Below are positions 1 to 10,893 of a stretch of DNA of 64,000 nt, in pieces. Numbering within the stretch: position 1 is the stretch's first letter; each line of letters begins with the position of its first letter. Source of the stretch: Mytilus trossulus. Its lineage: Eukaryota. Made by a program: the position numbers and the translations under genes. The stretch spans positions 17,918,001-17,982,000 of the forward strand of contig NC_086384.1 of the NCBI RefSeq assembly GCF_036588685.1. The letters are read 5' to 3'. The notes under the pieces are model-generated. The model searched no databases. It had not been told where the DNA came from and was given only the letters and a program-made list of their open reading frames with translations.

Positions 1-303
1 AATTTGTTAGCGGGCACGACGTAAACCAGCGAATCAAAGAATTTAACATTATTTATACCTAATATAGTACAATGCTGTTGATTAAAAAATACTCCATTCC
101 AGAAGCTTTTGTTTTTCCAAATAATTAATATAACCAATAATTGATAAGTTCCAGGTCGACGGGTTCAAACAGAAATATTTGAAAGCAGAGAAACTGTATA
201 TCTTATAATCGGCAGATGACAATACCAACACTAAAATTAGACTTACGTATATGCATATACTTTAATTCAGTCACGCACCCGCGATGTCACGGATGTGTTC
301 TAG
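1..303 (+). mobile_element. 3' end of a probable non-autonomous Helitron
   Basis: Imperfect GC-rich hairpin (acccgcgatgtcacggatgt) shortly before a terminal CTAG (300-303) followed by T; truncated by the window start. Confidence 0.4.
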
Positions 304-449
304 TATAATATAAAACTATGCAGTATGCATTTTCTTATGCCTAATACATAACATATCAGTGCGCTTTTCCCGTTTTCATATGAATTTCTAGCTATTCGCA
401 CCAAACTAAATTATCAATGGAAATATGTGAGGGAATAAAATATATATAT

Positions 450-2062
450 TGTTATAAATGGGTGTTGATAATAATCTTAAAGAAACAACACATTTTATAT
501 TTCTAAATTTTATTGGGATCAATATCTGAAAACCTGAAAATAATGGTCTTAGATGATTTTCATACACTATAGAGACAACTTTGGCAATCTCAATTTGGGG
601 AGATCAAATTGCTTTTTTTTTATAATAAGTACCAATTTTATCAGATAACATAACATTTAACATAACGTCTATCAACTTATCAAGTTGACATAGCGGTAAA
701 ATTCAACTGTCAGTGAACAGGCACTTCGATCACGATTTTCACGGGTCTACATTAAATTCACACTTTCAGGGGATAATGGGTTTATAAAACATGTTTGTCG
801 TTACCTATTCATTCAGTCTCAGTGTTATTTGACACATCTTTTGGGAAGTTTTCCCTTAAATTCCATCGTGTCGAGTGCTTGTTTACGTATATTGGAAGTT
901 GCCATTCAAACGATTGGTCACTTCCGGGTAACGGTACTTCTTTATAAAGTTATAATAATACATAAAAGTATTATTAAGATATGATTAAATTACTTGCTGG
1001 CCTTCCTTTCATTGTGTAGGATATTTAATAATAGGAAATAATTACGTTAAGTACGTTTTTGTGAAGCGCCGTTAAGGAACTATTTTGTGATTTCAATGAC
1101 GTCATATAGTAACGTAGGTGATAAGGCTACGAGTATGGAATTTTAAGGTTTATATTTATTATGTCACTTATTTATTGGAATTAAAGGCAAACTTTCGCGA
1201 TTTTATGTATTTATAACGACATTTTGGGACATGAGCCAGAGTTTCCCTTAGTATTTCAAAGTTATAGTAGATTTTCAGTTCTGTGAGTCGCGGATGTATT
1301 TCACCGTCAAGTATAAATACGGCGTCGCACTAGCACTTTGGCATATCGTATCTGGCTATCAAGCAGAGCAGTACAATAAACCAAACAAACCCTTAAAGTC
1401 AAGCAAGCTATTTAGGTACAGGATGCATTTCGATATATAGCTATTTCACCTTAAGCTATGCGATAGCATTTCAAGCCTTTATTTATCTTTTTAAAATCTT
1501 TTGGAATATTTAACTAAAAGCTCACATAAGGACGTCTAGGAACCAAATATCGCTTTTATAAATATTCCCGCTTAAGCAGGTCTTCAAAAGGAAGTGGCTT
1601 CATATTAAGTTCAATGTTTACAATTTCTAATAGCAGTTTTTGGCAAATTACACAAATTATTAAAGATGTAAAGATACGATGTCCCACCACGTTGACAACT
1701 TTCTTATATCGTAGTTTAATGAAATACGTATATTTCATTCTCTCATTATTGTATTGATAGGATAAAGTCTTGTAAATCTGTATTTATAAGTTATATCTGG
1801 GGTTCGGAAGGCCAGCATCTTACTATAACAATTTATGGTTATACTTTGTTATTGCTGATATTTGCATGCGTTATTTATTGAGATATACATGCCTACTGGA
1901 CAAGAATAAAAGTCACTCTTTTACGCTGGATTCTTCATTTATATATGATTATGCTGGAGTCAACAAACTACACTCAAAACAAGACAAAGTAACGGAACAC
2001 TATCAATAAGCAATCATACGGAATTAAAAGTACACTCGACCCCTACTCGCCCGCCTGTAACA
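450..2062 (+). repeat. 5' LTR (1613 bp)
   Basis: Starts TGTTATA, ends TGTAACA; about 20 substitutions and 2 indels versus 7273-8883 by manual comparison. Confidence 0.95.
1097..1319 (+). promoter_or_regulatory. Putative LTR promoter: CRE (TGACGTCA 1097-1104) and TATA box (TATAAATA 1312-1319)
   Basis: Consensus motifs present in both LTRs; AATAAA at 1375-1380 and 1905-1910 are candidate polyA signals. Confidence 0.45.
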
Positions 2063-2065
2063 AAC

Positions 2066-2083
2066 TGGTGTCAGAAGTGGGAT
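2066..2083 (+). promoter_or_regulatory. Primer binding site for tRNA-Leu
   Basis: TGGTGTCAGAAGTGGGAT, 3 nt after the 5' LTR, complementary to the 3' 18 nt of metazoan tRNA-Leu(CAA). Confidence 0.9.
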
Positions 2084-2274
2084 GTCACAGTCCAAAGTGG
2101 CATCCAGGATGCGAACCTCACATTTATTTTTAAATTCAACTATCTACTAATATACCAATATAATATGTCAACGTCTACGATAAAGATGGATCTTAACGTG
2201 GTGGAAATTTAATTTTATTACAATAATTATTGTACGTTATATATATTTAGGTTAACATCAGTCTAAGTCTCAAC

Positions 2275-3401
2275 ATGGCCGAGTCGCCAGATCTGGAAAT
2301 CAGATTTAGATCGGAAGAGAGAGAAAAGGAAGCAAGGCATGAGAGAAATACCTAATTTGCGGACGCAAATGAAACTTTAGAAGAACACAGAGCAAATGTA
2401 TATGCACATGGGGAGGGAGACGTAAATATAGAATATGGCATGTCTGGACAAAGAGGACAAAGGGGGATAAGTACTGATGGATTCCGATACAACAACCCAC
2501 ACATAGTCTCTATTAGACCAGAACCATATGATGGAGGAGAGGATTGGGAGGAATATATTTCCCACTTTGAGGTGTGTGCCGAACTTGGGAGATGGCGGGA
2601 CGCAGACAAAGTATTAGCGCTAGCGGCAGCATTAAGGGGACCAGCAAGGACATTTTACATTAGTTTAGAACAGACGGAAAAACGGGATTACGGTATTTTG
2701 ACTCAAAGATTAGGATTACGATTTGGGAGTACAAGACAACAAAACAGATGGCTTTCTCGTCTTGAAATGAGAAAAAGGAACCCAGGAGAAGCAATAGCGG
2801 CGTGGCGGACGATCTGCGCCAGATGGCTCAGAGAGCTTATATGGATCTTGATGCAAGGGCTCGGGAAGTATTGGCACTGAACCAGCTGTACAAAAGCGTT
2901 ACACCTGAAGTAAAATACCAATGCACTAACCAGGGATGTAGAACTGTTGCGGGAGCTGTAGAGGTAATAGAAAGATATGAAGCTATAATAGGAGATGGCT
3001 CAGAAAAGAAGAAAGGCGGTGTCAGAATGACAACAGACACACATTTCGGAGAAGCATCTAATTTTTCACAGGAACCTTCGGAAAACCAATTTCACGATAG
3101 CATTGATGGACTAACAAGGAGGATTTCCCAGCTTGAAGGTACAAAACAGAATTATAGCAACTCTTGGCAAAATAATTATAACAGAAGGCCTCAATGGGGA
3201 AATACTAATAACAGGCAAGCTAAATGCTTCATTTGTGAGAGCACAAGTCACTTATGTAGATATTGTCCATTTTATCTTCGATACAAGCAAGAAAATGCAA
3301 GACATGACAAAACTGGAGGACAGCAAGGCTCCAAGGACCAGGATAACAGAAACTCACAAAGTCTCAACCAGGGAAACTTCAGTTCCCCATTGGCTCGATA
3401 G
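2275..3401 (+). pseudogene. gag: Gag, disrupted by a stop at 2353-2355 and a frameshift near 2803
   Basis: ATG 2275 is in frame with ORF 2440 (PEPYDGGEDWEEYISHFEVCAELGRW, a Gypsy gag N-terminus); ORF 2802-3401 carries the CX2CX4HX4C knuckle CFICESTSHLCRYC. Confidence 0.88.
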
Positions 3402-3420
3402 ACCGGGAACCAGTGGGAAA
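3371..3420 (+). promoter_or_regulatory. -1 ribosomal frameshift signal (G GGA AAC plus downstream stem-loop)
   Basis: X XXY YYZ heptamer in gag phase; the -1 frame is open into the protease ORF; GTTCCC/GGGAAC and CATTGG/CCAGTG pairings follow. Confidence 0.75.
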
Positions 3421-4947
3421 TTTACGGTCACAGGAATTAAGTCACAATATTAGGATAGAACAAATGGGAAATACATGTGGTGTATGGGATAACGGATTTT
3501 ATACAAAAGGATACCTACAAAACTTACCTTTGACAATATTAATAGACAATGGATCAACCTCCTCTATATTAAATTATAAAATTTACAGACAGTTAGCTGA
3601 TGTACTGAAAAACGCAATACTAGAACCAAGCACATATAAACTTTTTGATGTAAATGGCAATCCTTTATGCTCATACGGGACACTTAAACAAAAACTCACT
3701 TTAGGGACAGCAGATTTTAACACAGAATTTCTTGTCTGTGATATCAAACAAGATGCGATCTTGGGGCAGGATTTTCTATTGGATCATATAGACAAAATTG
3801 AGGAGACAGTCACTTTGCCGGGAAAATCTAAAATGATCATTCCAGTAATAATAGAAAATGCAGAACACTTAGGACCACTGGGATACGTTGATAAAACTCA
3901 GAAAAAGGATACAGAACATAACATCACTAGTGGAATTTTAGATCCACACCAGGAAGACATTAGAGTACAATTAATTACTTTTCGGGAAGAACCCATGAAC
4001 AGATAGGTGTATGTGAGTCCTACTATGAAATGCCAGAGGTAGGAGTATGCAATTACATTGGAACAGAAGGGACCAGTTCAGACAAGCTACCATCACATAT
4101 TGATGACTTATTTAACAGAAGTATTGTACATTTACAAGAAAAAGAAAACCGATACCTGAAGGAACTTCTTCAGGCATACTCAGACGTTTTTGCAAAATCA
4201 GCGGATGATATGGGGAGAAACTTTCAAGCCGATATTTTCCAGAGAATGTGCAATCTATTAGGCATTCATAAAACCCGAACTACGAGTTTCAGACCACAAT
4301 CCAACGGTGGTGTGGAACGTTTCAATAGAACACTTGCCTCTATGTTATCGATGTACTGTAAACAAAAACAAGATCAATTGGACCAGTATCTACAACAGGT
4401 GATGATGGCATACAGATCTTCCGTACATGCATCTACTTCAAAGACACCAAATGATATGCTCTTTGGAAGGGAGGTAACTTTACCGCTGCAGGCTGTGATC
4501 CCACAGCCAGATACTGAAATTCAAGAAAACCGGTTACCAGATGACTATGTGGCACACCTACAAAATAAATTAAAAGAAAATCATGCATTTGCAAGGAAAG
4601 CACTCAAAAAGATCTCTATATATCAGAAAAAGAGATATGATCTTAACGCCAAGAAAAGAATCTTTAAAAGGGGGGAAGCTGTTTGGATTTACGACCCAAT
4701 AAGGAAAAAGGGAGTATGCTCAAAACTCACACCTAAATGGAAAGGACCATTTATAATTGAAAAGAGAATAGATGATGTTACTTACTGAGTAAAAAGAAGC
4801 TTGAGGCAGCCTTCGACTGCATATCATGTGGATCGTTTAGCACTGTATCAGGGGTGGAATGTACCATCGTTGGCAAGCAGATTTCGAAGAATGATGGATT
4901 TAGAGGAAGCAAATAACGACCAGCAATTGGATAAGCCAGTTGGCTAA
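3371..4947 (+). pseudogene. pol: Pol remnant: aspartic protease plus integrase C-terminal half; RT and RNaseH absent
   Basis: LIDNGS...ILGQDFL protease; frameshift near 4000; DMGR|NFQADIF junction; integrase TTSFRPQSNGGVERFNRTL, WKGPF and YHVDRL; in-frame TGA at 4786-4788; natural stop 4945-4947. Confidence 0.9.
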
Positions 4948-5351
4948 ATATTGGAGGAATATTAAAGGTCCTCAGCATTCTGTACCTGTTCATACTTTTA
5001 TTTTTGGATATACTGCAGTATATATTTTTTTATGACAGATCTGTCGGAGAACGATTTGGGGGTGGTCTGATCAACCACTAGTCAAATCATTGAGATATAG
5101 GATAGGGATCCTGACTGACTAAGGAGGAGCCTAGTAGTCGAATTAATTTTGGATATGAACAGTTATAGATATTTTTTGAGTTGTTTCGTTGGTGTTATTT
5201 GCATGGTTTTGAGTTGAGTTTACTTGCCTACGGATGCTGGCCTTCCATGAACACATTTATAGAACGAGACGGGGGGGGGGGGGGGGGGGGGATTTTAACT
5301 TATTATATAAACAATACAGGGAATTAATGGCAGTATTCCTTGTATTTCAGA

Positions 5352-6884
5352 ATGAGTTCAGTGGTATCGACAAAATGCTGGTTATGCCCGGAAACCTATG
5401 AAAAGAAAAAGGACATGAAGAGCCATGCCATCTCCGAGCATTCGGTGTGCAGAGTTGTTTGTCCATGGTGTGTAGATAGTGAGAGGACGTTTGGCAGGAT
5501 GTCGGAGCTCACCAAGCACAGTAAGAGAAAACACAATGATCTAACCATAGACCTCCTGGAGGGTGATTTCTTTACAGAGCCAAATGGATTTTGGTTAGCC
5601 AAGCGTCCAGATGATTATATTAGAATTATAAAGCCCTCAGAATGGACGAGCACGATTGCCCTCAGGACCAGGGCAGCACTGTTGGGATGGGTGGAAGCCA
5701 CCAAGAAGGAGGGATCAGATAAACATAAGAAGTCATGGGAAGAAGGATGGAAGAAAGCACTGGGTCATTCCGTTACCAGTGAGCAGCTCACCAGCTCCCG
5801 GAAACGGAAATACAGTCCATCCAGACCTCTAGTGGACCTTCCTGAACTAGCAGTAGCCAGGATTGACCTATCATCTAAGGGGAACATAGGCTTTCTTAGA
5901 ATGAAGGAGTCGTCAGCAGAAATATGGTTCAAGGTAAAAATGGTACATTGGGTTATGGAGGACTCCAGGACAAAGGACAATTTGGTTAGGAGAATGGGCA
6001 TTGCAATAACAGACCATGAGCCACCACACAGTTTTGGAACAGAACTTAAGTTGTCTGAGTCAAAGTACACCTTGAATCAGGTAACCAAGGCGTTGGGAAT
6101 TGGTGAGAGACATTTCAGGAAGCTCTTTAAGGGAAAGGTGACGTTTGAAACTAAGTCCAGGAAGAAGGCAGAGGAAACAACCAGGGAAGAAAGTAGTAAA
6201 TCTGATATTGGAGAAGAGCCAGAGTACGAGATCATGTACTCTATTGGAGAAGTAGACAACCTAGAAAAAAAGGAACAACCAGAAACAGCTAAGAACATCT
6301 CAACAACCCAGGAACCATCAGAAAAAGTTGCAGATGTCCCACCTACAGCCGAAAAGAAAAAACCAAGCAAGCCAGTACCAATTCAAGACAGCCCTCTTAA
6401 GAAGCTAGACAACGAAGAGAAAGATAGGTATTTACCAATGTTGAGCGAGGACGAGGAGGAAGAAGAGGCAACATCAGAGAGGTCAGATAAACGAATCATA
6501 ATGGTGAGCCAAAAGGAAGTGTTTGATGTAGACACTGATGATGAGGAAACAACCAAGATATCACTTAGAGAGAGGGCAGAGAAGCTATTAAAGGCAGGAG
6601 GGATGTCCCTATTTCCACAAGGGAGGAGACAATGGGCCGGAGAAAGAATGCAGGTGTCGAGTAAACCAACACCAATGTTCTGGCCGCCCAAGGAATGGAG
6701 GAAATTGACAGCGGATCAGAAGCTGACAGCATGGAGGTTCGCTGCCATGACCTTGGCAAGGGAGCATGGAGTCGACATCGTCAAGGAAGAGAGGGACGTG
6801 CTTGATAAGTATGCCATGCTTGCCTTGCCAGGTACTGCGTTACCTAATCAACCTGGAGAAGACTTGATTATAAAGGCTCGGTAG
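5352..6884 (+). CDS. Retrotransposon accessory ORF3: tandem C2H2 zinc-finger protein of unknown function (510 aa; frame stays open to 7064 past the TAG)
   Basis: CWLC-x12-H-x4-H and CPWC-x15-H-x4-H fingers; basic RKRK motif; acidic tracts; no signal peptide or TM segment; ATG immediately after ttccttgtatttcAG. Confidence 0.8.
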   Translation: MSSVVSTKCWLCPETYEKKKDMKSHAISEHSVCRVVCPWCVDSERTFGRMSELTKHSKRKHNDLTIDLLEGDFFTEPNGFWLAKRPDDYIRIIKPSEWTSTIALRTRAALLGWVEATKKEGSDKHKKSWEEGWKKALGHSVTSEQLTSSRKRKYSPSRPLVDLPELAVARIDLSSKGNIGFLRMKESSAEIWFKVKMVHWVMEDSRTKDNLVRRMGIAITDHEPPHSFGTELKLSESKYTLNQVTKALGIGERHFRKLFKGKVTFETKSRKKAEETTREESSKSDIGEEPEYEIMYSIGEVDNLEKKEQPETAKNISTTQEPSEKVADVPPTAEKKKPSKPVPIQDSPLKKLDNEEKDRYLPMLSEDEEEEEATSERSDKRIIMVSQKEVFDVDTDDEETTKISLRERAEKLLKAGGMSLFPQGRRQWAGERMQVSSKPTPMFWPPKEWRKLTADQKLTAWRFAAMTLAREHGVDIVKEERDVLDKYAMLALPGTALPNQPGEDLIIKAR

Positions 6885-7260
6885 GCCAACTACCACTTGT
6901 TGAAAGATATTTGTCTTGGTAAACTGGAAGGAATTGAAGCTTTGGAATTAATAGATATGCTGGAAGCCGCAACCCGATCAAAAACACAAAATGAATTAGT
7001 AAAATTATTATGTAATGTACCTCTGAGTTTGTCAGAAGATGTTAAGGAGGATAAATCACATTAACTGTATATACTTTTTTATACTATCTAAGATGACAAC
7101 GACCATGCCATCACCAAGAAGAATAAAGATCAAGAGAGACTTAGAACTGTCAAATTTTATTGTTATTGTTCTTTTGTGTTGTAATACTTTTAGTTCATTG
7201 CATATATATATTATCATGTGTACAATACAAAAAAGAATTCGGGAGAATTCTTTTTATATT

Positions 7261-7272
7261 GGGTGGGGAAAG
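7261..7272 (+). promoter_or_regulatory. Polypurine tract
   Basis: GGGTGGGGAAAG directly abutting the 3' LTR. Confidence 0.85.
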
Positions 7273-8883
7273 TATTATAAATGGGTATTGATAATAATCT
7301 TAAAGAAACAACACATTTTATATTTCTAAATTTTATTGGGATCAATATCTGAAAACCTGAAAATAATGGTCTTAGATGATTTTCATACACTATAGAGACA
7401 ACTTTGGCAATCTCAATTTGGGGAGATCAAATTGCATATTTTTATAATAAGTACCAATTTTATCAGATAACATAACATTTAACATAACGTCTATCAACTT
7501 ATCAAATTGACATAGCGGTAAAATTCAACTGTCAGTGAACAGGCACTTCGATCACGATTTTCACGGGTCTACATTAAATTCACACTTTCAGGGGATAATG
7601 GGTTTATAAAACATGTTTGTCGTTACCTATTCATTCAGTCTCAGTGTTATTTGACACATCTTTTGGGTAGTTTTCCCTTAAATGCCATCGTGTCGAGTGC
7701 TTGTTTACGTATATTGGAAGTTGCCATTCCAACGAATGGTCACTTCCGGGTAACGGTACTTCTTTATAAAGTTATAATGATACATAAAAGCATTATTAAG
7801 ATATGATTAAATTACTTGCTGGCCTTCCTTTTATTGTGTAGGATATTTAATAATAGGAAATAATTACGTTAAGTACGTTTTTGTGAAGCGCCGTTAAGGA
7901 ACTATTTTGTGATTTCAATGACGTCATATAGTAACGTAGGCGATAAGGCTACGAGTATGGAATTTTAAGGTTTATATTTATTATGTCACTTATTTATTGG
8001 AATTAAAGGCAAACTTTCGCGATTTTATGTATTTATAACGACATTTTGGGACATGAGCCAGAGTTTCCCTTAGTATTTCAAAGTTATAGTAGATTTTCAG
8101 TTCTGTGAGTCGCGGATGTATTTCACCGTCAAGTATAAATACGGCGTCGCACTAGCACTTTGGCATATCGTATCTGGCTATCAAGCAGAGCAGTACAATA
8201 AACCAAACAAACCCTTAAAGTCAAGCAAGCTATTTAGGTACAGGATGCATTACGATATATAGCTATTTCACCTTAAGCTATGCGATAGCATTTCAAGCCT
8301 TTATTTATCTTTTTACATCTTTTGGAATATTTAACTAAAAGCTCACATAAGGACGTCTAGGAACCAAATATCGCTTTTATAAATATTCCCGCTTAAGCAG
8401 GTCTTCAACAGGAAGTGGCTTCATATTAAGTTCAATGTTTAAAATTTCTAATAGCAGTTTTTGGCAAATTACACAAATTATTAAAGATGTAAAGATACGA
8501 TGTCCCACCACGTTGACAACTTTCTTATATCGTAGTTTAATGAAATACGTATATTTCATTCTCTCATTATTGTATTGATAGGATAAAGTCTTGTAAATCT
8601 GTATTTATAAGTTATATCTGGGGTTCGGAAGGCCAGCATCTTACTATTACAATTTATGGTTATACTTTGTTATTGCTGATATTTGCATGCGTTATTTATT
8701 GAGATATACATGCCTACTGGACAAGAATAAAAGTCACTCTTTTACGCTGGATTCTTCATTTATATATGATTATGCTGGAGTCAACAAACTACACTCAAAA
8801 CAAGACAAAGTAACGGAACACTATCAATAAGCAATCATACGGAATTAAAAGTACACTCGACCCCTTCTCGCCCGTCTGTAACA
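7273..8883 (+). repeat. 3' LTR (1611 bp)
   Basis: Near-identical to 450-2062; begins TA instead of TG; ends TGTAACA. Confidence 0.95.
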
Positions 8884-8893
8884 ATATATATAT

Positions 8894-9494
8894 ACAACAG
8901 ATTTATCCATATGGTCACCATCAATGATGGTGATACATGGCTGTGTACATTATGTATATACAACTCGTCTAAACATCATCCCAACAATGTTAGATCTGTT
9001 TGCAAACCCATGCTACAGTGATATCGTGACACCAAGTTGCCTACACTGTAGCCGTCCCGCTAGACCACACGACCACCTGGGCTCTACAATAATAAAGCTT
9101 TTAGGGGCCGTGTGTTACCTTTCTTCGTCAGTTTTAATCTAGCGGCGTACTACAGTACATGATATATAAGGCATGGAGATGTTATTGTTACAGATCAGCT
9201 CAATTATCTATATTGAAGGATACTACAAATTATTGTAAGATACAGTCACAGAAAATAATTATATTCATGAGTACGTCTGAGTCAGTGACAACTTATAAAT
9301 ATAATTATTTTCTGTGACTGTATCTTTCATTAATTTGTACACAGCAATGTATCACCATCATTGATAGCGATCCGATGGATAAATTTGTTGTAGAGTTGTC
9401 ACAGACTCAGACGTTCTTATAAATATGATTATTTTCTGTGACCGTATCTTACATTTATTTGTAGGATCCTTTACTATAGATGATTGAGCTGATC
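8894..9494. repeat. Inverted pair of repeat fragments including a tRNA-like SINE head (minus strand, ~9003-9082)
   Basis: 9191-9292 is the reverse complement of 9394-9494, and 8894-8949 of 9336-9391; A-box-like GGTGGTCGTGTGGTCTAG on the minus strand. Confidence 0.55.
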
Positions 9495-10849
9495 ATTGAG
9501 CGATTGGCTTCGCCGCGGTTGACAATGTTTTCTCGGGGTAACAATCTGCTTTATCACCCTCTCAGCTATGTGTTATTTATATAATAAATTGGTTCTTTTG
9601 AATGAAAATGCAAATTTTAAATACCTGCATTCCTGTATCAAATTTTACTAACATGATAGAAAATGTGGTTCTCTGTTATTTACAGTACAAGATGGCGGAA
9701 GACACCCATACCACCTTAAATGTGTAATTGTCTTTACAAAATGAACTTTCAATGTCCCTTTAATATGAATTCTGTAAGAATTTGGTATAACAAAAAAAGA
9801 ATACAATATATGTTAGTGTACTAGAGGGAATTAGTAAAGATATTATAAATCTAGCAATTAGTTGGTTGTCTCATGAGCATTAGAAATTACAAACTAATAA
9901 GGAATTATGATATATGACGTCAATATAGCAAGTATTGGAACGTTTGAAATCCCATGACCCTTGTCGTTAAATGCGTCTTATATGAGTGTATGTATACTAG
10001 TTAATTTAACCAACTGAATAAGCCCAATTACTGACATTCTACGAGGTCGTATCTGGGTACATGTGTATATTCTGATTTATGACCAGCGGATTAAACTTTT
10101 TTGTCACCTTTCATAAAATGTTTATTACTTGCAGTTATTTAGGTCGTCATTGGAGTGATTAAGATATAAGTATATAATCCAAGGTCGTCAGATCAACTTA
10201 ACTAACCTTGAGAATAACACTGAAAAGCAATTATGAAAATGGCAAAGGCACTTTGTAATCGTGTGTTAATAACAGATAACATACACATGTCTTGCCTTGT
10301 TAACATTTCACAATTGTTATTCTTTTTTTATAGATTTTTATGTTAATTTTCACCTCTTAACATTGTTTTTTTTTCATTTCGCAACATTATGATTTATGTT
10401 TATGTTTACTTTATAAAGGTTTGCAACATTCACACGAGCAAAACATTTATATTGTTACAGTCCTGACAGTTACCACTTACTCATGCTCCATTACTTTATT
10501 TACAATACAGTATTTCACCTTCACCATTTCACCATACACCATTTCCCCTTAAATCATTTCACCATATTTAATTAGACTATACCCTTTACATTTTCTTGTG
10601 TCCAATACATTCTGTAAAACGGCTTCTGCACAGCCAAAAGAAGAGTGTAGGAATAACCCAGATTGTCCTTTCCACGGTTGAGTTGATCAACCAATTGATC
10701 CAATTGATTAACTGCAAAGAAAGAGGAACAGGAATTCAAGTCGCTTCATTTATTTGACAGAATAATCATTCTAACGTTTTGCACGCGTTTGATAATAAAC
10801 ATGCCAAATAACTTCATCATAGAAACCAGGATATAAAATCTTATAGTTG

Positions 10850-10893
10850 CGCCAGACGCACGTTTCGTCTACAAAAGACTCAAAAATGACGCT
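10850..10893 (-). ncRNA. Degenerate minimal type I hammerhead ribozyme (PLE-associated)
   Basis: agcgtca-tttttga-gtct tttgt agac-gaaa-cgtgcg-tc-tggcg; the CUGAUGA core is mutated at 3 positions. Confidence 0.6.

Larger units (their letters stand above)
450..8883 (+). mobile_element. Ty3/Gypsy LTR retrotransposon, non-autonomous (RT/RNaseH deleted), with an extra zinc-finger ORF
   Basis: Two ~1.6-kb direct repeats; ATAT TSD (446-449, 8884-8887) within an (AT)n tract; PBS, PPT, Gag CCHC knuckle, protease and integrase remnants. Confidence 0.95.

Noticed and set aside
1556-1738. 60-aa antisense ORF repeated at 8377-8559
   Set aside because: Duplicated only because it lies in the LTRs; no recognisable domain
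3541-3558. Protease DNG as a novel catalytic motif
   Set aside because: One base away from DTG/DSG in an already decayed pol; most likely a mutation
5340-6884. ORF3 as an envelope protein, or starting at 5340
   Set aside because: No signal peptide or TM helix; 5340 is a TTG inside the polypyrimidine tract and the first ATG is 5352
450-8883. Steamer-like element, because of the Leu PBS in a bivalve
   Set aside because: Steamer has short LTRs and a single gag-pol ORF; this element has 1.6-kb LTRs, a -1 frameshift and an extra ORF
9003-9082. tRNA gene
   Set aside because: Only an A-box-like part is present; no intact B box or cloverleaf; SINE-derived
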